64,000 bases of DNA. Origin: Hellea sp. (GTDB taxonomy: Bacteria > Pseudomonadota > Alphaproteobacteria > Caulobacterales > Maricaulaceae). The DNA lies in NCBI GenBank assembly GCA_020629875.1, contig JAHDCL010000001.1:11953-75952 (forward strand), given 5' to 3'. Made by a program: the position numbers and the translations under genes. The notes below the pieces were generated by a model, which had not been told where the DNA came from, searched no databases, and saw only the letters and a program-made list of their open reading frames with translations. Below, piece after piece: positions 59,021 to 64,000 of this stretch; the stretch's first letter is position 1; the number at the start of each line of letters is the position of its first letter.

Positions 59021-60184
59021 TTACGCCTCCACTAACGAAAAGCGATTATTATCGATAAAATGTTTTGGGCGCCCATTTTGTACCGTGCAATCAAATAGAG
59101 CCGTAAAGGATGAACGATCCGCAGCAGATAAGATTTCTGTATTATCTGGTAGGTGTATATATGGTTCTTTTCCCATATTTCTCAGGTTTTCGCAGACCTC
59201 TGTCAGCGTTGTGAACACGGAAGGACCAAGAGTTTTGACATTTGAAAAATCGAGAGTGATCGCGGATTTATCTTCAGCAATGATGGTTTCCATGGATCTA
59301 ATGCTTTGAACGGTGAGGTTTTCGCCCGCCGTCAAAACTTGTCGAGATTTCGCGGGAATAGCTTTGCGTTGGTCCTGAAATTGCGCACGGATTTTCCATT
59401 GGTTGAGTATTAAAGAAGACATCTTCAAGCCGCCCTGTATGACGTCGGAAAACTTAATGTTGGATCCGGGTATCTCGGTCCATTCCAGCACAGGGTATTC
59501 AAAGAAATTTTTACGTTCCTGTTTGTCTGGATTAGAAATTCTCAAGAATAACTCAACGTCAAAAAGCCACCCAGCCGTAAATGGTTCTTCGAGACATTTT
59601 TTCAGGTGAGGCGTATTTCGGAAAAGTTTTGCCCCACATTGGGTGTCCTTAAGAGCTAGGCCTGTGGCAAGCCGTCCCATGGAAGCGCAGACGAGGGAAA
59701 TTACTTTCCGGTGGAGATCACGATAGACACGGCGACCGAGGCCGCCCGCCCGCGAACCAAAAACAACGTCGATATTGTCCAATCTATCTGCAACCGATAT
59801 AAAGTCGTTTATTGCGTTAAGAGGGGTTGCTAAATCAGCATCCAAGAAAGCGATATATTTATCTCCTCGTTTTGCCGCGAAATTTAAGCCATGTCTGACA
59901 GCCTCTGCTTTTCCGGCATTGCGGGTCATCATGAGCACATCAATCTGCTCTGGCAAAGCTGCCATGGCTCCGCATAAGAGGCTGATGGTTAAATCTTTTG
60001 ACCCATCATCAATAAACACAAATGAAATTTTGGGATTGTTGCGAGCAAAATTTAGGAACACTTCCAAGTGCAATCTGTTGGCTTCATTGTAACAGGGGAT
60101 CACGATTGTTGTTCTGTCATGCTTCCAATCTGGAACTATCTCTGTTGATTTTTTTTCGGTGTGATTGTTCATAATTAACTCCAA
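59021..60184 (-). CDS. GT2 polyprenyl-phosphate glycosyltransferase (DPG/DPM-synthase-like) with C-terminal STAS-like domain
   Basis: IPCYNE, DDGSKD, GKAEAVR.G, DADLATP, DTQCGAKLF, WLFDVE; tail ITLDFSNVKTLGPS. Confidence 0.82.
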   Translation of the reverse strand: MELIMNNHTEKKSTEIVPDWKHDRTTIVIPCYNEANRLHLEVFLNFARNNPKISFVFIDDGSKDLTISLLCGAMAALPEQIDVLMMTRNAGKAEAVRHGLNFAAKRGDKYIAFLDADLATPLNAINDFISVADRLDNIDVVFGSRAGGLGRRVYRDLHRKVISLVCASMGRLATGLALKDTQCGAKLFRNTPHLKKCLEEPFTAGWLFDVELFLRISNPDKQERKNFFEYPVLEWTEIPGSNIKFSDVIQGGLKMSSLILNQWKIRAQFQDQRKAIPAKSRQVLTAGENLTVQSIRSMETIIAEDKSAITLDFSNVKTLGPSVFTTLTEVCENLRNMGKEPYIHLPDNTEILSAADRSSFTALFDCTVQNGRPKHFIDNNRFSLVEA

Positions 60185-60200
60185 TTTCTTGGTCTTAACT

Positions 60201-60217
60201 ACGCAATTTATGGACCG
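60201..60217 (-). promoter_or_regulatory. sigma54 promoter (CGGTCCATAAATTGCGT)
   Basis: GG-N10-GC upstream of the GT2-flippase-GT-C operon. Confidence 0.65.
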
Positions 60218-60247
60218 TACTTTTTCTGGGATTTAGGCGCTGATTTT

Positions 60248-60310
60248 TTGCAAATCAGAAAAAATGTTCGCAATTCGCAAATTGTGGTTCGCAATTTTGC
60301 AGAATTTGCA
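60248..60310. promoter_or_regulatory. Shared LuxO-type enhancer array of the divergent promoters
   Basis: TTGCAAATCAGAA (60248), TCGCAATTCGCAA (60268) and TCGCAATTTTGCA (60289), 20-21 bp period. Confidence 0.6.
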
Positions 60311-60331
60311 GCTCAATTTAGGCGATTCTAG

Positions 60332-60347
60332 CGGCACACGCATTGCA
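60332..60347 (+). promoter_or_regulatory. sigma54 promoter (CGGCACACGCATTGCA)
   Basis: Near-consensus GGCAC-N5-TTGCA upstream of ORF 60365. Confidence 0.8.
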
Positions 60348-60364
60348 ACTCTCTTTGGCAAATA

Positions 60365-61057
60365 ATGCACAAGAAAGATGTTATGAGTGGAAAAACAAAA
60401 TTTGTAAGTGTGGCAGTGACTGTAGCCAGTTTTGCGTTTTCAGTTACTTCTGTTGCGCAAGCCCAGCCGGTTTCTAACCTCACTATCTATGCAGGTCCAC
60501 AATCCGTTTCGCCTGGCGAACTGATTTATGTGACGGTCGAGGGAAGAAACTTTAGCGGTCAGAGCCTTGCTGCTGAGAGGATTGAACTTTCTTATATTCG
60601 CGACGGCGAACCTACACTTGTTTTCGGAACATTTCGCGATGGCCTAGCTTCGTTTGAGGTGCCGGCACAAAATTTGAACGGGCTAATGTCATTCTCAGCA
60701 AAGTCTTCTGGAGCTAAATCTAATAATGCAGAAATTCTCGTGGTTTCTGGGCCGCCGCAGGAGTTTTCCATTAAATCTCACCCTGTTCGAAATGGGCAGG
60801 GCATTGAGTTGACATCGGATAAAATTGCTGATGAATATGGTAACCCCATTTCAGATTTATCTTTGATTTCGATAAATTGGATGGATCAATTTGGCATAAA
60901 AGAGCGCCACAGCGTTCAACCAAGAAATGGTTACATTTTCTTGCTAGGTCAGTGCCCAGAGGCATTCTCTCCTCCATTGATGGTGCAAGCATCGGTTAGC
61001 ACAGTCGCTTCAGATCCGATAAATGTGACCGCTTTATGCGGTGAGGCGTTGAGTTAG
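60365..61057 (+). CDS. Exported beta-rich (Ig-like) hypothetical protein
   Basis: Signal peptide ending AQA; DEYGNPISD resembles bacterial Ig-like repeats. Confidence 0.6.
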   Translation: MHKKDVMSGKTKFVSVAVTVASFAFSVTSVAQAQPVSNLTIYAGPQSVSPGELIYVTVEGRNFSGQSLAAERIELSYIRDGEPTLVFGTFRDGLASFEVPAQNLNGLMSFSAKSSGAKSNNAEILVVSGPPQEFSIKSHPVRNGQGIELTSDKIADEYGNPISDLSLISINWMDQFGIKERHSVQPRNGYIFLLGQCPEAFSPPLMVQASVSTVASDPINVTALCGEALS

Positions 61058-61060
61058 AGA

Positions 61061-62593
61061 GTGACACACTTAGCCCTACATAAGCGAAAGCGCGTTCCAT
61101 TCGCGCTATCTGCATTAATTACCGGCGTGTCCTTTGCTGGTCTGGTTGCGACTGTTTTGCATACACCCAGAGGGCATGATGAATATTTGCATGCGCATCT
61201 TAATTTGCCGCCAGCTATTTCTACGGCCGAGTGGAGGGGAGCGGAGTTTGATTTGCCGGATTTAGATAAGCTCGCAATAAGCGAAGTCATCAGAAAATCT
61301 GAAAATAAAATTTCTGAGGCAGATCTTAGAAATATTCTAACAGGGGCTGCGCTTAACGATGCGCTCGGTAGCAGGTGTCCTGCAAAAAATGCCCGCTGCA
61401 GATTTTCCTTGAGAGTTAACCGTCAAATGTTGGCGAAGGATCTGAATAAAGACTTCAGAGTCGTCAATGTGGAGGAACGAAGCCTGCGCGTTGATTTGGA
61501 ATCGAAGACAGAAATTACTGACGTCACCCTCAAGGGTATTTCGGAAGAAACCAGAATATTACGTTTTTATAAAACGCAGTCGGGATGGATGCAGAACAGT
61601 GCGGATGTGGTGTCAGCAGCTCATTCATCCTTTGGTTCGCGGAAGGGGATGTTTAATCAGAATTTCAACACGAAAGTTACGGGACTAAATTACTATCCAG
61701 CCTCTGCCTCATGGAGGGACTTTTGGGAACGTTTCCCTGTAGCGGAAATCGAGAGTGACCTGGAAAACGCACAGGCTTTGAATGTAAATACTCTGCGTAT
61801 ATTCCTGACTCATGATTATTTTGATAGTGTGGAAACGCACGAAGACGCAGTAGAAAAACTCAAACACTTTCTGGATATTTGTGAGAAGCGGGACATTAAA
61901 GTCCTGGTCACACTCTTTGACCTTCGTCCGAATTACACTCTCTCAAATTGGTCAGCAGATATCGCTCATATCGACGGAATTCTTGCGAAGTTATCCTATC
62001 ACCCTGCCATTCTCGGCATTGATTTAAAAAACCAACCTGACTTGGATTTTGACCATTGGGGGACTGGGCTGGTTGAAGCTTGGTTGACAACAATGGCGCG
62101 TCACATTCACCTCCAATACCCTGAGCTTGCGGTGACGACAGGTTGGTCGGAAGCGGCCAATGCGACCCGTCTTATGCCTGTTTTCGACATAATCACCTAT
62201 CATGAATACGCAGACCCTAAGGGTTTCCGCTCACGGCTGGAACGGATCGCTGCACGTGTTGACGGCAAACCCGTTTTGATAACCGAATTGGGCTCGTCGG
62301 TATGGCACCCCCCATTTATCAGGCGAATGGGAGAATCAGCCCAGGCTTCGAGACTTCGGAGACAATTAGAGCAATCAGATATGGCTCAGGGAGTCTTTGT
62401 GTGGACACTCAACGATTTCGAACATGTGGGCAAAGAGGTGGTGGGGCGATTGCCATGGCGCCAAGCGCAACAACGGCACTTTGGACTAATGAGGCCAGAC
62501 GAGTCTTTTCGTCCAGCTGCACGGGTTTTGAAAGAGTTTGGTTCCCTATCAGCCGATAAGCAGTCCACAGCTAATCACCAAAATTTCAACTAA
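61061..62593 (+). CDS. Membrane-anchored clan GH-A (GH5/GH2-like) TIM-barrel protein
   Basis: GLNYYP, NTLRIFL, KNQPDLD, TYHEY, PVLITELG, VWTL.DF and FGL. Confidence 0.8.
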   Translation: MTHLALHKRKRVPFALSALITGVSFAGLVATVLHTPRGHDEYLHAHLNLPPAISTAEWRGAEFDLPDLDKLAISEVIRKSENKISEADLRNILTGAALNDALGSRCPAKNARCRFSLRVNRQMLAKDLNKDFRVVNVEERSLRVDLESKTEITDVTLKGISEETRILRFYKTQSGWMQNSADVVSAAHSSFGSRKGMFNQNFNTKVTGLNYYPASASWRDFWERFPVAEIESDLENAQALNVNTLRIFLTHDYFDSVETHEDAVEKLKHFLDICEKRDIKVLVTLFDLRPNYTLSNWSADIAHIDGILAKLSYHPAILGIDLKNQPDLDFDHWGTGLVEAWLTTMARHIHLQYPELAVTTGWSEAANATRLMPVFDIITYHEYADPKGFRSRLERIAARVDGKPVLITELGSSVWHPPFIRRMGESAQASRLRRQLEQSDMAQGVFVWTLNDFEHVGKEVVGRLPWRQAQQRHFGLMRPDESFRPAARVLKEFGSLSADKQSTANHQNFN

Positions 62594-62621
62594 TTTACTA
62601 TTTCACTTTTAGGAGTTTCTC

Positions 62622-63875
62622 ATGAAAACACTCGCAATTGTTACAGCTTTTCCACCCAGCGCTGGGTCGCTAAATGAGTATGGCTTTCACCTTGTCAACG
62701 CTTTCGCGGCGCGCCGAGACATTGAAAAAATAATCGTCATCGCAGATCAGTATGATGGAAATACCCCAGAGCTTCCTCTGGATTCGAAAATTGAAGTCCA
62801 GAGAGTGTGGCGTTTCAACAGCCCTATTGCTGCGATTAAAATTCTTAAAGCGCTAAAATCCAGTAATGCCGATGCCGCGTTATATAATTTGCAGACAGCT
62901 TCATTCGGAGATAGCGAAATCCCAGCGGCTTTAGGGTTGCTGACACCAGCGCTCTCTCACAAAACTTCAGTACCCTCAGGAGTGATAATGCATAATTTAG
63001 TCGAAGCGGTGGATCTAAGTAAAACGAATTTGGCGAAAAGTCCTATTCGGCAAAAGCTGGTTTCTGCGGCCAGTTATTTTGTCACAAAGACAATGCTAAT
63101 GTCTGGGTTCATGACCGTGACACTGGATAGTTTTTGGGATATTTTGAAAGATAAGTATAAAGCAAGGAATGCTTTCATGGTGCCGCATGGTTCTTTCCCG
63201 ACAGCAGGGGAAGAGCTCATTACGTCCCTTGAAAGTCGTAACCGTATCATTGTGACAATGGGGAAATTTGGAACGTATAAGCGTTTGGAGCGCACAATAA
63301 GCGCCGTACAGAATTTAAATGCGTCTTTAGGTGAAACACAAAAGATAAAACTAGTAATCGGTGGGAGCGATCATCCGGCAACACCTGGATATTTGGATAA
63401 ACTTTCAGCTGAGCACAACGCCGACAAAAACATTGTATTTCACGGTTACGTCGCCGAGGAGGATGTCTCAAGTTTTTTCACCCAGGCTAAGCTGGCGATT
63501 TTTGATTATGACAGCACGACAGGAAGTTCAGGAGTCCTGCACCAGTCAGCAATATACGGCACACCCGCAGCCTATCCATTGATGGGGGACTTTATCGATG
63601 TGACCGAACGAGAAGGGCTGCGAGGGTTTAACTTTAAGCCGCTTGATCAAGCCGAGCTAGAAAAGGCAATTAAGGAGGCTTTGACTAAGCCTGTCGCGGC
63701 TCAGTCAATTGCCGATAACAATCTCAATGTGTCTAAAGGGGTTACTATGAACACGGTTGCGTCCATTCAGCTTCAACTCCTGCAAAAGGCAAAGACGAAA
63801 AAATTCAATAGGCTTCGCAGAGCTAAAAACTCAGCTGTTCGGATTCAACAAAATGACCATTTGTCGCCAACTTGA
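62622..63875 (+). CDS. GT4 family glycosyltransferase
   Basis: PPSAGSLNEYG, PHG, GKFGTYKRLE and SSGVLHQ. Confidence 0.85.
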   Translation: MKTLAIVTAFPPSAGSLNEYGFHLVNAFAARRDIEKIIVIADQYDGNTPELPLDSKIEVQRVWRFNSPIAAIKILKALKSSNADAALYNLQTASFGDSEIPAALGLLTPALSHKTSVPSGVIMHNLVEAVDLSKTNLAKSPIRQKLVSAASYFVTKTMLMSGFMTVTLDSFWDILKDKYKARNAFMVPHGSFPTAGEELITSLESRNRIIVTMGKFGTYKRLERTISAVQNLNASLGETQKIKLVIGGSDHPATPGYLDKLSAEHNADKNIVFHGYVAEEDVSSFFTQAKLAIFDYDSTTGSSGVLHQSAIYGTPAAYPLMGDFIDVTEREGLRGFNFKPLDQAELEKAIKEALTKPVAAQSIADNNLNVSKGVTMNTVASIQLQLLQKAKTKKFNRLRRAKNSAVRIQQNDHLSPT

Positions 63876-64000
63876 CGATGCCAGTTTAGAATTAGGAGCA
63901 CCTGATTATTTGGGCATTAGTTCAAAAGTCTCGTTTCCATTTAAGCGAGAGGGCTTGATCATTATCAGCGCGAATTCGGGAGCGCAAAGCAATATTTTTT

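Noticed and set aside
60248-60310. Periodic TTGCA/TCGCAA repeats as a CRISPR or tandem repeat
   Set aside because: Units are too short and degenerate, with no spacers or cas genes; better explained as activator boxes
1311-63582. Many antisense or overlapping 60-190 aa ORFs in the track (e.g. 1311-1760, 19324-19836, 27337-27903, 41301-41783, 43866-44420, 58767-59309)
   Set aside because: Nested in well-supported genes and without protein-like features
63876-64000. Possible gene end at the right edge
   Set aside because: Too short; no supportable reading frame
1-64000. tRNA, rRNA, IS, integrase or prophage genes
   Set aside because: None recognised by eye; a tRNAscan/Infernal/ISEScan run would be needed to exclude them fully

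Overview
64-kb chromosomal segment of an alphaproteobacterium. The chpT, rcdA and trcR genes and CtrA-like boxes suggest a Caulobacterales/Maricaulales-type marine organism (inference). About 1-37 kb is mostly core genes: a degenerate chpT-cheA-like-cheY-cheR locus, apaG, dcd, purKE, trcR, rcdA, rpmE, efp, an ABC/M1-peptidase pair, gspE-M, ada, rnd, lptC-lptA-lptA-lptB, mscL, ihfB and rpsA. About 37.4-47.4 kb is a sulfide oxidation/detoxification block (BigR/SqrR-type repressor, PDO, DUF442-SQR, SulP, YeeE pair, two Prx6) co-oriented with a Cio-type bd oxidase. About 47.6-63.9 kb is the best candidate for an undescribed system. There, a close LuxO homolog and a PAS-HK-REC-Hpt kinase sit inside a glycan cluster (AGE-family isomerase, TolC lipoprotein, 1017-aa GT-C-like membrane protein, flippase, lipid-P-sugar synthase-STAS fusion, Ig-like protein, clan GH-A enzyme with NQP instead of NEP, GT4). 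All four effector transcription units carry a sigma54 GG-N10-GC promoter and phased LuxO-type TTGCA-N3-TGCAA boxes. No rRNA, tRNA, CRISPR array or transposase was seen. All family calls come from motif recognition by eye, not database searches.
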